Source of the DNA: Patescibacteria group bacterium
Lineage (GTDB): Bacteria; Patescibacteriota; Microgenomatia; UBA10105; UBA927
DNA length: 64,000 nucleotides
Direction: 5' to 3'
Assembly: GCA_035510735.1 (NCBI GenBank)
Contig: DATKGN010000013.1
Location: 192,596-256,595, forward strand
Position 1 is the stretch's first letter. Each line of letters begins with the position of its first letter. A program made the position numbers and the translations under genes. The notes under the pieces were generated by a model, which was not told the DNA's origin, made no database searches, and was given only the letters and a program-made list of their open reading frames with translations. Positions 8,782 to 18,722 of the stretch are shown here, piece by piece.

Positions 8782-9714
8782 ATGAAAACAATACAATTTA
8801 ACGCATATGGTGGCCCCGAAGTGTTAGAATTTCGCGAAGACGCTCAACCCACACTCAAACCCGGACAGGTCCTCATAAAAAATAAAGCCGCAAGCATTAA
8901 TGCAATTGACTGGAAAGTCAGAGCGGGGTTCCTTCAGAAATTTATGCCGGTCACATTTCCCGCCACCATCGGTGGAGATTTCGCCGGCGTTGTCGTCGAA
9001 GTGAATGGAAACGATACCGGATTTAAAGTCGGCGACGAAGTATACGGACAGGCAATCATCTTAAACGGCGGATCAGGCACGATGGCAGAGTTTGTTGCCG
9101 CAAATGGCGCAAATACTGCAAAGAAACCCAAATCAATTAGCTTTAACGAAGCTGGTGCCCTACCGCTAGCCGGCGTCAGCGCAATCCAGGGACTTGAAGA
9201 ACACATTAAACTCAAAAAGGGCCAGAAAATACTTATCCACGGCGGAGCCGGAGGGATCGGGCATATGGCGATCCAGTACGCAAAGTCATTGGGTGCGTAT
9301 GTGGCAACAACAGCAAGCACCAAAGACGTAAAATTTGTGAAAAACTTGGGGGCAGATGAAGTCATAGATTATAAAACCCAAAAATTCGAACTAATCCTGA
9401 AAGATTACGACGCTGTGTTTGATACGGTTGGCGGGGAGACGTTGGATAAATCCTACGATGTCCTCAAAAAAGGCGGAATACTGGTATCTATGGGGCAGGT
9501 CGGAGATGAAACACTTGCCAAGGAACACGAAGTATCTGCCTTTGGACAAATGACCGTCACAGATACGGCACATTTAAATCATCTGACTCAATTAGTGGAG
9601 TCCGGAATCATTAAGGTGCATGTAGACAAAATGTTTCCGCTAATTAAGGCAAAAGAAGCATTTACGTATCAGGAAACAGGCCACCCGCAGGGAAAGGTCG
9701 TCGTCACCATATGA
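8782..9714 (+). CDS. NADPH:quinone oxidoreductase / zinc-type alcohol dehydrogenase-like (MDR family)
   Basis: MKTIQFNAYGGPEVLEF... with an NAD(P) binding site GGAGGIGHMAIQYAK. The ATG at 8782 is preferred over the track start at 8758. Confidence 0.8.
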   Translation: MKTIQFNAYGGPEVLEFREDAQPTLKPGQVLIKNKAASINAIDWKVRAGFLQKFMPVTFPATIGGDFAGVVVEVNGNDTGFKVGDEVYGQAIILNGGSGTMAEFVAANGANTAKKPKSISFNEAGALPLAGVSAIQGLEEHIKLKKGQKILIHGGAGGIGHMAIQYAKSLGAYVATTASTKDVKFVKNLGADEVIDYKTQKFELILKDYDAVFDTVGGETLDKSYDVLKKGGILVSMGQVGDETLAKEHEVSAFGQMTVTDTAHLNHLTQLVESGIIKVHVDKMFPLIKAKEAFTYQETGHPQGKVVVTI

Positions 9715-10307
9715 AAATCCAGATTATCGTAGGGACAACACGACAAGGTCGATTTTCTGAAAAGGCAGCTTCCTATATATTGCAGGAAGCAAAAAAACGA
9801 AAAGAATTTGACGTAGAACTTGTTGATTTACGGGATTACCCGATGCCGTTTTTCGAAGAGCCGATTTCTCCTAAAATGTTTGAAATGACCCACCACGCAT
9901 ACACCAATGAGGTGGTGAAAAAATGGCTAGCCAAAATTTCAGAAGCAGACGGCTACATTATCGTTACGGCTGAATATAACCACGGATATCCGGCGGTCCT
10001 CAAAAACGCCATTGATTTCGGATATAAGGAATGGATCCGCAAATCCGTAGGATTCGTAAGCTACGGTAATTCAGGCGGTGCACGCTCTGTCGAACAGCTG
10101 CGGCAGGTGGTAATCGAATTGGACATGATCCCGATCCGTACGGCAATCCAAATCCCCTTCGACGTCTATATGGCGGTCCGAAATGAAACAGTCCCGGTAA
10201 ACCCTGAACTCTTTGCTCCGTTACGGAAAGGACCTGTCGACCGCGTCGAAGCCTTTTTCACCGATCTTATCTGGACCACAAAAGCCTTAGTCGCGGCACG
10301 AAAGTAA
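9711..10307 (+). CDS. NAD(P)H-dependent FMN reductase
   Basis: MKIQIIVGTTRQGRFSEK... It overlaps the previous CDS by 4 bp (ATGA), indicating an operon. Confidence 0.8.
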   Translation: MKIQIIVGTTRQGRFSEKAASYILQEAKKRKEFDVELVDLRDYPMPFFEEPISPKMFEMTHHAYTNEVVKKWLAKISEADGYIIVTAEYNHGYPAVLKNAIDFGYKEWIRKSVGFVSYGNSGGARSVEQLRQVVIELDMIPIRTAIQIPFDVYMAVRNETVPVNPELFAPLRKGPVDRVEAFFTDLIWTTKALVAARK

Positions 10308-10312
10308 TTACC

Positions 10313-10693
10313 ATGGCAGAGTATATACCCGGAGTTTGTAATATTGGGCCCGCCGAGATTGTCCGAAGAAAGAGTGCGGGATGGGTCGGGGTAACGATGA
10401 GCGCCATCCTAGTGCTGCTTTTTCTTCTATTTCATATACCGTCGGTTTATCGCCTGATCATTTTTCTGCCTGCGGCGCTTGCCGCTTCCGGATTTTTGCA
10501 GGCCTATCTCCATTTCTGTGCAGGATTCGGATTTAAAGGAGTCTATAACCTCATGAAACCGGCGGGCCAAACTGAAACGGTTGAAAAAGCGGAATTCAGG
10601 CAAAAAGATAAGGAAAAAGCCCAAAAAATTATGTTTTTTTCACTCCTTATCGGTCTTGTTGTCGCCGGACTTCTGTACTTCCTCCCTTTATAA
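10313..10693 (+). CDS. hypothetical membrane protein (2-3 TM)
   Basis: 126-aa ORF with two clear hydrophobic helices; no recognisable motif. Confidence 0.4.
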   Translation: MAEYIPGVCNIGPAEIVRRKSAGWVGVTMSAILVLLFLLFHIPSVYRLIIFLPAALAASGFLQAYLHFCAGFGFKGVYNLMKPAGQTETVEKAEFRQKDKEKAQKIMFFSLLIGLVVAGLLYFLPL

Positions 10694-10781
10694 TCCTTCA
10701 GAGAGGTAAAACTATTACATCCAGTCGTGTATAAACTTGTGATTGCGACTACTCACTAGTTACGGGTTCGAGTCTCATCCG

Positions 10782-11570
10782 TCACTGTGTTATTTTATGG
10801 TCGACATTCTTAGGCAAATGAACAATATAGTCACTGCGCAAATCATATAGTTCATCAAATGGTTGTATCTGATACGCTCTCATGTCCACCATAAACTCAT
10901 GGTCACGTAGACCCAATTTTTCTACAGCCCGTATAAACCTCGGCGGAAGATCAGATCTTCCTCCAACAAGTTGAGCACTTGAAACACTCACTCCTGATTT
11001 TATGAGTTGTGGAGCAACATCCAAAGAAAGTTCTGGACCCGGAAATGGATTTTTGACTACATGGCCACCCCCAATTAACGTAACTACTTTATTAACCGCA
11101 CGATCTTTAAGCAATGCAGTAAAATTTGAAACCATTATTTTTTCGTAATCCTGCCTACCATTATGTTTTTCCATAGCTATTGGAACCACCTCGACACCCG
11201 CGTGAACCATAGCTCTGACGATTTGTTGATAATAATAGTCGCTATCCGGTCCGAGGCGGGTTGTCGATAGGTCCAGCTCCGGGTCGGTTTTTAATGTATC
11301 GATTACCGCTTTCGAGCTTACCGGGGCTTCTATGACATAGTGAGTAAAACCAAGCTTCTGCAATTCGGAAATATGTGCAATAAGGTGGTCGCCAATACGC
11401 TCATTTCCATGTGTTTCACCGAGCATAAGGACTTTAGACCCATTAACCATTTGAGGGTAGTCTACGGGATGGGCAGCTTTTGATAATTCTTCAGAAGCTT
11501 TAGAGACATTATCCCAAATACTATCGGGCCTTACGGGAAAATCAGATTCCATGATCGAATTATAGCGCAT
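10782..11570 (-). CDS. ChaN/DUF399-like (TIKI/TraB superfamily) protein
   Basis: VLMLGETHGNERIGDH matches the GExH(D/G)...H motif of ChaN/DUF399 from memory; 262 aa. Confidence 0.4.
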   Translation of the reverse strand: MRYNSIMESDFPVRPDSIWDNVSKASEELSKAAHPVDYPQMVNGSKVLMLGETHGNERIGDHLIAHISELQKLGFTHYVIEAPVSSKAVIDTLKTDPELDLSTTRLGPDSDYYYQQIVRAMVHAGVEVVPIAMEKHNGRQDYEKIMVSNFTALLKDRAVNKVVTLIGGGHVVKNPFPGPELSLDVAPQLIKSGVSVSSAQLVGGRSDLPPRFIRAVEKLGLRDHEFMVDMRAYQIQPFDELYDLRSDYIVHLPKNVDHKITQ

Positions 11571-11695
11571 GAAAGCCTATAAATTGCAACACGACTGTAC
11601 TCATAACGCATTGATACGTCTTCTTGGAAATATACGGAATCTTCCGAAGGACCTATCACATCTTTTGCTCGGTAAAATGTATAATAATCTTCTCT

Positions 11696-12865
11696 ATGCA
11701 ACACCTCTCGCCGGATCAGGAATTGTGTCTCCGACATATTCTGGAATGGTATAAGAAAGATAAACTCGCCATGCAGTATGTCACCCTCGGTGGATACGCA
11801 GGCACCGGGAAAACGACGCTCATTGCGTTCTTACGGAAAGAGCTCAACAGGATTGATAAAAAACTGAAGGTGGGGTTTGCAAGCTACACCGGGAAAGCCG
11901 CGCGGGTGTTGCAAAGCAAATTAAAAGAGGAGAAGGCGGTCTTAAAACATGACACGGTCGGCACCATCCATTCGCTCATCTATACGCCGATCGTCAATGC
12001 ACGCGAGGAGATTGTCGGATGGAAGCAGAAGGAAAAAATTGAGTGTGATCTCATCATCATCGACGAGGCATCGATGGTTGATAGCATCATCTGGGAGCAT
12101 CTCCTCTCCTACCTAAAACCCATTGTGGTTGTCGGCGATCACGGACAACTGCCGCCGGTCAAAGGCAACTTCAACCTCATGGAGAAACCCGACGTGACAC
12201 TTGTTGAGATCCACCGGCAGGCGAAGCACAATCCCATTATTGAGGTATCCATCCAGGCACGCGTGGCGGGAGAAATACGTGTCGGCCGCTATTCGGACAC
12301 GGTAATTAAATTTGACAGAAATGAAAGTGAAACGGGAGAACGGATGACGGAACTGCTCAACAGCTATACGAGCGATACGCTTATTTTGTGCGGGTACAAT
12401 ACGACGCGGAAACGGCTCAATGCATACATCAGAAGCTCTCTTGGTTTTGAGTCCCCTACTCCCGTAAGCGGCGACCGCGTCATCTGTTTGCGGAACAATC
12501 ATAAAGCGAAAATTTATAACGGGATGCTGGGAACCATCCTCCGGATCGAACGGAAAAATGACCAGTGGTACACGGCAGATATCGCCATGGACGGCTCAGA
12601 ATTGAACTATTCCGGCCAGATTTCCGTCGCGCAATTTAATGCAGATACAGCACTTAACTTCACCGAGAACCGGCGCCTCATCATGGGCGGCGATTTATTT
12701 GATTTCGGCTATGCACTCACGGTGCATAAAGCGCAGGGCAGCCAAGCCAAGCGAGTGGTCCTATTTGAAGAGCGGTTCAAGAAAATGGACGATGACCAGT
12801 GGCGGAGGTGGCTCTATACGGCGGTGACGCGGGCCGAAGAAGAGCTCTACATTTTCCCGTCATAG
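11696..12865 (+). CDS. SF1 DNA helicase, RecD/Dda-like (AAA_30 + UvrD_C_2)
   Basis: Walker A GGYAGTGKTT, DEASMV (motif II), VGDHGQLPPV (motif III), and C-terminal LTVHKAQGSQA...YTAVTRAEEEL. The start was moved to the ATG at 11696 (MQHLSPDQEL). Confidence 0.8.
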   Translation: MQHLSPDQELCLRHILEWYKKDKLAMQYVTLGGYAGTGKTTLIAFLRKELNRIDKKLKVGFASYTGKAARVLQSKLKEEKAVLKHDTVGTIHSLIYTPIVNAREEIVGWKQKEKIECDLIIIDEASMVDSIIWEHLLSYLKPIVVVGDHGQLPPVKGNFNLMEKPDVTLVEIHRQAKHNPIIEVSIQARVAGEIRVGRYSDTVIKFDRNESETGERMTELLNSYTSDTLILCGYNTTRKRLNAYIRSSLGFESPTPVSGDRVICLRNNHKAKIYNGMLGTILRIERKNDQWYTADIAMDGSELNYSGQISVAQFNADTALNFTENRRLIMGGDLFDFGYALTVHKAQGSQAKRVVLFEERFKKMDDDQWRRWLYTAVTRAEEELYIFPS

Positions 12866-12893
12866 GAATTTAGCGAAAATCTAGTCTCATTGA

Positions 12894-13637
12894 TCACTCA
12901 AGGATGCCTCTGCGGCGTTGGCGAATTTTGAGTGTCTCATTCAGTTCAGAGAGCACCAGACCGGCAAAAAGAGGCTCCTGTTGAAGTATTTCAATTAATG
13001 CTTTTTGAATGGAAAGATGAGTGGATGCATCCTCTGTGAAAAGAGGCCTTCCATTAAACGCGATGCTCATACTTGCTGCGTCATATTTGATTTCGGATGC
13101 ATACTCATGAATTTCATCGAGATGTCCGTCGCCACGAAAAAGATCAGCGTCGTGTTGAGACTGATCTACCGTGTGATATGTCACATGACCTTCATTCCTA
13201 TTTTGCCAGCGATCAATGAGCTCGTAGTTCCAGTCATAGAGAGCAAACTCTTGGATATAATCAACATGTTGTTCCCCAAAAAGATATAGATCAAAATCCG
13301 CGTTCACAACGTCATCGTAGATCATCGATCCGTAGACAAGAGGGACAACTCCATGTCTTTGTAGCATGCGGTGTTTCGGCTCAAAGAAATCCGTGAGTAT
13401 CTTCCATCCGATCGGCACTTCTGAGTGTTTAGCCTGTTCAGGCGGGATTGAATATTTTTGAAGTTGATCTGCTACAGAGTGAATGTTCTCAAGAGTATCA
13501 GGTTTTTGCATGAGACGGGCATACTCTTCCAACCGATCTACGTCAACACTCCCCCCATCAAGGACGCCCCGAAAGAACGCCCGATATGGAGGGGCGAACG
13601 TATTTAAATACTCTGAACCGGCTTCAGGGTGTGGCAT
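12894..13637 (-). CDS. nucleotidyltransferase-fold protein (Pol-beta-like NTase)
   Basis: LVYGSMIYDDVVNADFDLYLF fits the hG[GS]x9-13 D-x-D pattern. 247 aa; the C-terminal half is unassigned. Confidence 0.4.
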   Translation of the reverse strand: MPHPEAGSEYLNTFAPPYRAFFRGVLDGGSVDVDRLEEYARLMQKPDTLENIHSVADQLQKYSIPPEQAKHSEVPIGWKILTDFFEPKHRMLQRHGVVPLVYGSMIYDDVVNADFDLYLFGEQHVDYIQEFALYDWNYELIDRWQNRNEGHVTYHTVDQSQHDADLFRGDGHLDEIHEYASEIKYDAASMSIAFNGRPLFTEDASTHLSIQKALIEILQQEPLFAGLVLSELNETLKIRQRRRGILE

Positions 13638-13697
13638 CGGGCTATTATACCAAGCTAAATACGTATGGTCAAATTACTACAGGATATCATCAATATA

Positions 13698-13733
13698 TTC
13701 CACCTCGGAGGGTGGGAGTAAAATTCGAGGCTA
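13698..13733 (-). repeat. direct repeat TTCCACCYCGGAGnnGGGAGTAAAAwwCGAGGCTA, copy 2
   Basis: ttccacctcggagggtgggagtaaaattcgaggcta matches ttccaccccggagacgggagtaaaaaacgaggcta (14249-14283). The two copies flank CDS 13746..14189 exactly. Confidence 0.55.
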
Positions 13734-13745
13734 AAAACGCGTAAC

Positions 13746-14189
13746 TTATAGAGGAAATTTTTCCGCTTCAGTGGCTGGATGTGCAATCGGTGATTCTCTC
13801 AGGACTTTAACGACTGCCTCTAATACTTCCACACGTAAATCGAGATTTTCGGGATCTGTGTATATCCACGTCGTAAACTTTTCCAAAGCAGACTCTGGTT
13901 CTGCTGCAGAAGATTTATTAACCCGTGACAATATCATTGAGCGTTCGGGGGACAATGGTTTTGGCGCATATTCATCCAAGCTCATATCTATATACCGGAC
14001 AAATTCGGCCAGCGCGTGGCCCATCTCGTTCGAATGTATATCCGTTGACCCAACGCGAATGGATCCTTTTGCATCGACAACAACCCCGTTAAAAAGTTCG
14101 CCGAGAAGTTGCGGCGGTTTGTCGATAGCGATAATACGAAGGTCTTTATCGAGCGGTTCGCCAACTAATACTCCTTCAGGGTAAGTCAT
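13746..14189 (-). CDS. hypothetical protein (147 aa) flanked by 35-bp direct repeats
   Basis: MTYPEGVLVGEPLDKDLRIIAIDKP...; no motif recognised. Confidence 0.4.
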   Translation of the reverse strand: MTYPEGVLVGEPLDKDLRIIAIDKPPQLLGELFNGVVVDAKGSIRVGSTDIHSNEMGHALAEFVRYIDMSLDEYAPKPLSPERSMILSRVNKSSAAEPESALEKFTTWIYTDPENLDLRVEVLEAVVKVLRESPIAHPATEAEKFPL

Positions 14190-14248
14190 AATTGCACATT
14201 ATAGTAATTTACGATTAATTTGTAAACTATGAGTTATTCCGACATAAA

Positions 14249-14283
14249 TAAAGAATCTTCCACCCCGGAGACGGGAGTAAAAA
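14249..14283 (-). repeat. direct repeat, copy 1 (see 13698-13733)
   Basis: About 30/35 identity to copy 2. Confidence 0.55.
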
Positions 14284-14384
14284 ACGAGGCTATTTCACCA
14301 CCGTTCTTTTGAAGACGCGCCCCTTCTTATCGTACGTGATCCTCCGCAACGAAAGAAGCATCGATTCGCGGCGTTTGATCATTG

Positions 14385-15305
14385 TTATTGGAGGAACAGC
14401 GTGACCATGAGGGGAATATAAAATAGGGCAAACAACGTGCTTAAGAGAACGGTTACAGCAACTTTCTCAGGATGAGATTTGAGAAGTGTTGCGAATGCTA
14501 CTCCGTTTGCGGCAAGGGGTACCACGGATAATAAAATGAGTATGTGATAGATATCCGCGTTGTAGATTTTAAGAAACGTACTATCCAACAACACGAGACC
14601 ACATATGAGAAGCGGCCACACGAAGAATCGGGCGAGAAATGATAAACTGATAAATTTGAAATCAAATTTCCATTCGGTGATCCCCGTCAACCCCAATCCA
14701 ATGAGCATCATGCCTAAAATCGTGTAGGCGCCTTTGAAATTAGAAACAACGTCAGCGTAGATGGAACCGAAACGGACACCGATAAGATTACACACGAAAC
14801 CTACCATGACGGCATAAATAATCGGCAGGGAAAATAATTTTTTGAGACTATCTTTGACGGTGTAGTTGCCCCGTGCCGCAATAAAAACCCCCAACGTGTT
14901 TTCATACACCAGAATTCCGAGTGCGGTAAAGATATAGAGTCCGATGATGTGGTTCGGAAGGAGGAGCATCGCGACCGGCAACCCGAAGTAGCCGCTGTTG
15001 CCATCACCGGAGATAAATGCCAGCATGTTTCGCGTTGAATCTTTCCAAAACAGACTGCCGATGCCGTAAAACAGAAGACATATGATGCAGCTGATTGCGA
15101 ATATCACAATCGGCAACGATATGCTGCTTGCCGTTATGGTTGTTGTGTATATTCCGTTGAAGAAAACTACTGGGGTAACCAAATAAATGACAATCGCGGC
15201 AACCGATTCTTTTTTGACCCCCAGATATTTCCCCGCGATAAACCCGAGGAGAATCGTTATGTACAAGGGGATAAGCTTATAGAGGAGCGATAAAAATATC
15301 GGCAT
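14385..15305 (-). CDS. AEC family transporter (auxin efflux carrier-like membrane transport protein)
   Basis: 306 aa, about 8-10 TM segments, N-terminal MPIFLSLLYKLIPLYITILLGFIAGK typical of Mem_trans. Confidence 0.7.
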   Translation of the reverse strand: MPIFLSLLYKLIPLYITILLGFIAGKYLGVKKESVAAIVIYLVTPVVFFNGIYTTTITASSISLPIVIFAISCIICLLFYGIGSLFWKDSTRNMLAFISGDGNSGYFGLPVAMLLLPNHIIGLYIFTALGILVYENTLGVFIAARGNYTVKDSLKKLFSLPIIYAVMVGFVCNLIGVRFGSIYADVVSNFKGAYTILGMMLIGLGLTGITEWKFDFKFISLSFLARFFVWPLLICGLVLLDSTFLKIYNADIYHILILLSVVPLAANGVAFATLLKSHPEKVAVTVLLSTLFALFYIPLMVTLFLQ

Positions 15306-15375
15306 AGAATGAGTTGAGTACTAGTATAGTTCATGCGATTTATAATGGGAAATCATTTCACGGACGGCACTCACC

Positions 15376-16404
15376 CTATTTCACCGCAGTTAATACGCCC
15401 ATATACGCATGTTCTTTCACTTGTTGTCCTAAAGCGGGATCAGGGTGACCGGTCAGTATGTCAAAGCCGTACAAATATTCTGTTCCCGGTTTTTGTTGTC
15501 CTTGCGCTTGGCCGGTATATGTGTCATCTAATAATCTCACCGTCACGTTCGTAAATCCAAGACCTGTCATCGCTTCATACGCGATCCGGTGAGAGTCTGC
15601 GATAGAATCGATAACGTCAGGTTCAAACCCTAATTCTTTTTGTGCGCGTAAAAATACAAAATTGTGTTGCAAAGATTGGATCTCTTTATCTGCTGTTATT
15701 CGTGTTGTGAACGCCCGTTTCCAGGGTTCCTGAAGATCCATATAGGCAAACCAGAATTCTTTGAGCAATGGCGGCTGTTTATTGCCAAAGACGACCGCCT
15801 GCTCGCGGGTCATCGAAATATAGTAACTGTGAGTAAGATCTTCGTAAGGAAAAAACGGTAATAATATTTTATCTGCATACCGTTTATACAAAATATATTC
15901 ATCCGGTAACAGGTCGGTGAGTATCACGAGCGGACCTCCCGGCTGTAACACCCGGTGAATCTCTGACAGGGGCGGGGCAATGGGTTCAAACTGGTCAAGT
16001 AAATTAAGACTTACGATGGCCTCCTGTGAATTATCGGGTATGTTTAAGCTATTGAGATCTAAATGCAGAACCGGAGCGCGGTCCCCAAGGTGTTTCCGGA
16101 CACGCTCCGTGTCAATATCAGAGTAGGTTATGGTAAGAGACTTACCTGCTGCTTCCACTAATCGATGAAAAGCTCCGGTCCCGGTTCCCAGCTCCAACAC
16201 GCGTTTTTCTTCTAATCTCATTTCCTCTATCACCTGCCCGACGATTTTACCCCTGGCTCTCAATGCATATGATCGGTCCAAATCACCCCGAATCAATGCT
16301 TCCTCTGGTGTTATTCTTCCTATATCTCCGACGGAGCCGAATCGTTTCAGGCCATACTCAATTGCCTCTTCGATTTGTTTCCTATATCCGAATTGTTCCT
16401 GCAT
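15376..16404 (-). CDS. SAM-dependent methyltransferase domain protein with C-terminal extension
   Basis: Motif I VLELGTGTGAF, plus LQPGGPLVI. Confidence 0.65.
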   Translation of the reverse strand: MQEQFGYRKQIEEAIEYGLKRFGSVGDIGRITPEEALIRGDLDRSYALRARGKIVGQVIEEMRLEEKRVLELGTGTGAFHRLVEAAGKSLTITYSDIDTERVRKHLGDRAPVLHLDLNSLNIPDNSQEAIVSLNLLDQFEPIAPPLSEIHRVLQPGGPLVILTDLLPDEYILYKRYADKILLPFFPYEDLTHSYYISMTREQAVVFGNKQPPLLKEFWFAYMDLQEPWKRAFTTRITADKEIQSLQHNFVFLRAQKELGFEPDVIDSIADSHRIAYEAMTGLGFTNVTVRLLDDTYTGQAQGQQKPGTEYLYGFDILTGHPDPALGQQVKEHAYMGVLTAVK

Positions 16405-16576
16405 ATGTGCAGACTAATTATAGCACAAGAATAGAGATTTAGACCGTTATAATGCTCTAAATTACGGTATGAATTACTTTTGTAAATTCATTCCGGGCAT
16501 ATTCCTTGCCGCCGGGAAATAAGCGGTGGGGCATGGGTGTATAATTAGCCTCAAAACTCACCAAGGGGTAGCATAT

Positions 16577-17011
16577 ATGGCTAGTAATGCAGAAAGAAGA
16601 TCCGGGGCGGCTTTGCATATTGTGACAGATATTAGTGCTGCAGTGAACGGGGCATGTATCGGAGCCGGAATAGCCTTGAACGAGCCTTTATTGATAATCT
16701 TAGGATCAGGGTTGGCTATCCAAGGAGGACACGTGGTATTTATCTATCATCATTTCAACGAAAAAATAGATAAAATGAGTCATGACTTTGATAGAAGAAT
16801 GGATGAAATGAATCAAAGAGTTGATGAGCTGGCACATAAATTAGATGAACATGAACATAATTCTACGATTGTGTTTCAAGACGGCGAGCCCGTTGAACCG
16901 AATCCCGACACCGCCACTCAGGATGAGATTAATACTTATAAAACAGCTGTTCTCAATGCCGGCTTCACCCCGCCGAATGAGTCAAATAATAATGAAACAC
17001 CTCACCAATAG
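16577..17011 (+). CDS. hypothetical membrane protein with acidic/disordered C-terminus
   Basis: RBS AAGGGG lies before the ATG at 16577 (MASNAERRSG...), followed by one or two TM segments and then HDFDRRMDEMNQRVDELAHKLDEHEH. Confidence 0.4.
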   Translation: MASNAERRSGAALHIVTDISAAVNGACIGAGIALNEPLLIILGSGLAIQGGHVVFIYHHFNEKIDKMSHDFDRRMDEMNQRVDELAHKLDEHEHNSTIVFQDGEPVEPNPDTATQDEINTYKTAVLNAGFTPPNESNNNETPHQ

Positions 17012-17064
17012 CGAAAGAAGCGGTGGGCGTGAGGTGTATAATGGCGCTATTCACTACCTGACGT

Positions 17065-17937
17065 ATGCCGATTGAAAATCCAGCGCAGTACCACGAATCC
17101 GGTCCGATGCGGATAGAAGGCTTGTTTGAACCCTCCGCGTTTGAGGCGTTTGATTTGGTTGATTTTGGCGACTCCCCTTTTCCTCTCGTAATCGGACTGG
17201 TAAGGTGGCCTTCGGGCACCAGGATAAAAGCATCCTGCATAGAGGGAGGTTATCCTCTAGCAGAAATCTCGAAAGTCCACGATCTCGACCGAACTCACCG
17301 ATTTACGGGTCCTGTCATCTCTTCACAGGAGCCCGCGGAGCCGGGCGTTGTCATGGCCCATGTGAAGTACGCGCCGGGAACAGACGTCTATATCATCAAG
17401 GAGGGTTACGACGGCAAATGCGGCATCTATGATGTACACGTCAATCCGTTTGGCTATATAGATGAGGAAGACGCAGCATTACGCGCGGAAGCTCTCAATC
17501 ACATGCAGGAACGGGACACCCTTCAGGCGCGGCTTGCAAAATCTAAGAACGATTTAGAGATTGCAAGAATTCTGCTTTCCGGTCAGGAGTTTGATATAGA
17601 ACATAATCAGAAAGAGATCGAAGATTTAACAAGAAGAATCGCTGAGTTGGAATTAAACGGCGGTATAAAGGATCAAACACAGGTTGACCTCTCGGTCCTC
17701 GGACTACGCGGTGTCGGCTTCAATGAACTGGCTGGCGCGGATCAAGCGGAACTATTGTCGGCAATTGAGAAAGAATTGTACCGGTCTCTTCACCCCGACC
17801 GTTTCGGCGGTTTAGGGCGCGATGTCAGTCACCTTCAGGATGCGGCGACAAAGATCATTCAGCTGAAAATCGCCGCCATCGGGAGGTTACGAAACAGATA
17901 CGCGATACGAAAATACGATCCGCCCCATTCGTATTAA
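17065..17937 (+). CDS. hypothetical protein with central coiled coil
   Basis: 290-aa ORF; LQARLAKSKNDLEIARILLSGQEFDIEHNQKEIEDLTRRIAELE. Confidence 0.4.
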   Translation: MPIENPAQYHESGPMRIEGLFEPSAFEAFDLVDFGDSPFPLVIGLVRWPSGTRIKASCIEGGYPLAEISKVHDLDRTHRFTGPVISSQEPAEPGVVMAHVKYAPGTDVYIIKEGYDGKCGIYDVHVNPFGYIDEEDAALRAEALNHMQERDTLQARLAKSKNDLEIARILLSGQEFDIEHNQKEIEDLTRRIAELELNGGIKDQTQVDLSVLGLRGVGFNELAGADQAELLSAIEKELYRSLHPDRFGGLGRDVSHLQDAATKIIQLKIAAIGRLRNRYAIRKYDPPHSY

Positions 17938-18027
17938 ATCCATTTCGAAAAGTAGAAAACGGTAAGTTTGGGTGTATAATGGCTCTGAAAAGGGCATAAA
18001 GAAAAAATAACAATACATAAAAATATT

Positions 18028-18546
18028 ATGCAAAGCATTAATCAGACGCAAGCTGCTATTGCTAAATATCAAGTTGCAATAAATAAAAATATCTCTGAAA
18101 GTGAAATTCTTTGGAACCGATACAACGCTCTATTAGTTTTTAATTCAATACTCATAACGGCGATAGGATTTTCATATCAGGGGAACTTAAACCTACCATT
18201 ACTTGTGGTTGCCAGCTTGCCAATCGCGGGGCTTCTGTCGTGCTATTTGTGGTTTATCGTCACACTTCGCGGTTTTCAGTGGATAAAATTCTGGACAGTT
18301 ACAGCTAGAAAGATCGAAGAAAAATATCTACCTGATGATAATCCTATTTTAAATCCGATAAATAATGGCAAAAATCATAGGGAGGATGTTGTTGGGTGGC
18401 CTAAAACTCAAATAGCATCTTATATATTAATTTTGGTAACAGCTATTTTGTATCTTATTTTTTTAGCCAATCTACTGAATACAAAATCGTTTCACAAAAA
18501 TATTTTTCATTCACAACAACGAACAATGCACCGGTATATTAAATAG
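18028..18546 (+). CDS. hypothetical membrane protein (3 TM)
   Basis: 172-aa AT-rich ORF with hydrophobic helices. Confidence 0.4.
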   Translation: MQSINQTQAAIAKYQVAINKNISESEILWNRYNALLVFNSILITAIGFSYQGNLNLPLLVVASLPIAGLLSCYLWFIVTLRGFQWIKFWTVTARKIEEKYLPDDNPILNPINNGKNHREDVVGWPKTQIASYILILVTAILYLIFLANLLNTKSFHKNIFHSQQRTMHRYIK

Positions 18547-18584
18547 TGTTACTTTTTGTTAGACCCTCTAGGTAGGTTTCTACT

Positions 18585-18625
18585 TCACACCCTTCGTAAT
18601 CGCTCCTCCGTGGGATCAAAGTACA
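18585..18625 (-). repeat. decayed copy A of ABC-exporter 3' terminus (most degenerate)
   Basis: Minus-sense ...cccacggaggagcgattacgaagggtgtgaagtag aligns, with indels, to the real terminus ...ccgcggacacgctatcgttgaggaagcagagtaa. Confidence 0.45.
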
Positions 18626-18722
18626 AGAGAAATTAAAGCTTTAGCTTGTCGCGAATGGTATAATTGCGCTGAAGTAATAATTGAACTGCGACTCTATATC
18701 GGTCTCTAATTTACTATATTAC

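Noticed and set aside
10760-10790. tRNA-like fragment gggttcgagtctcatccg (possible T-arm or att remnant)
   Set aside because: A T-loop-like TTCGAGT is present, but the flanking 5-mers (ACGGG and CTCAT) cannot pair and there is no acceptor-stem complement upstream. It is not a tRNA or a recognisable tRNA 3' fragment.
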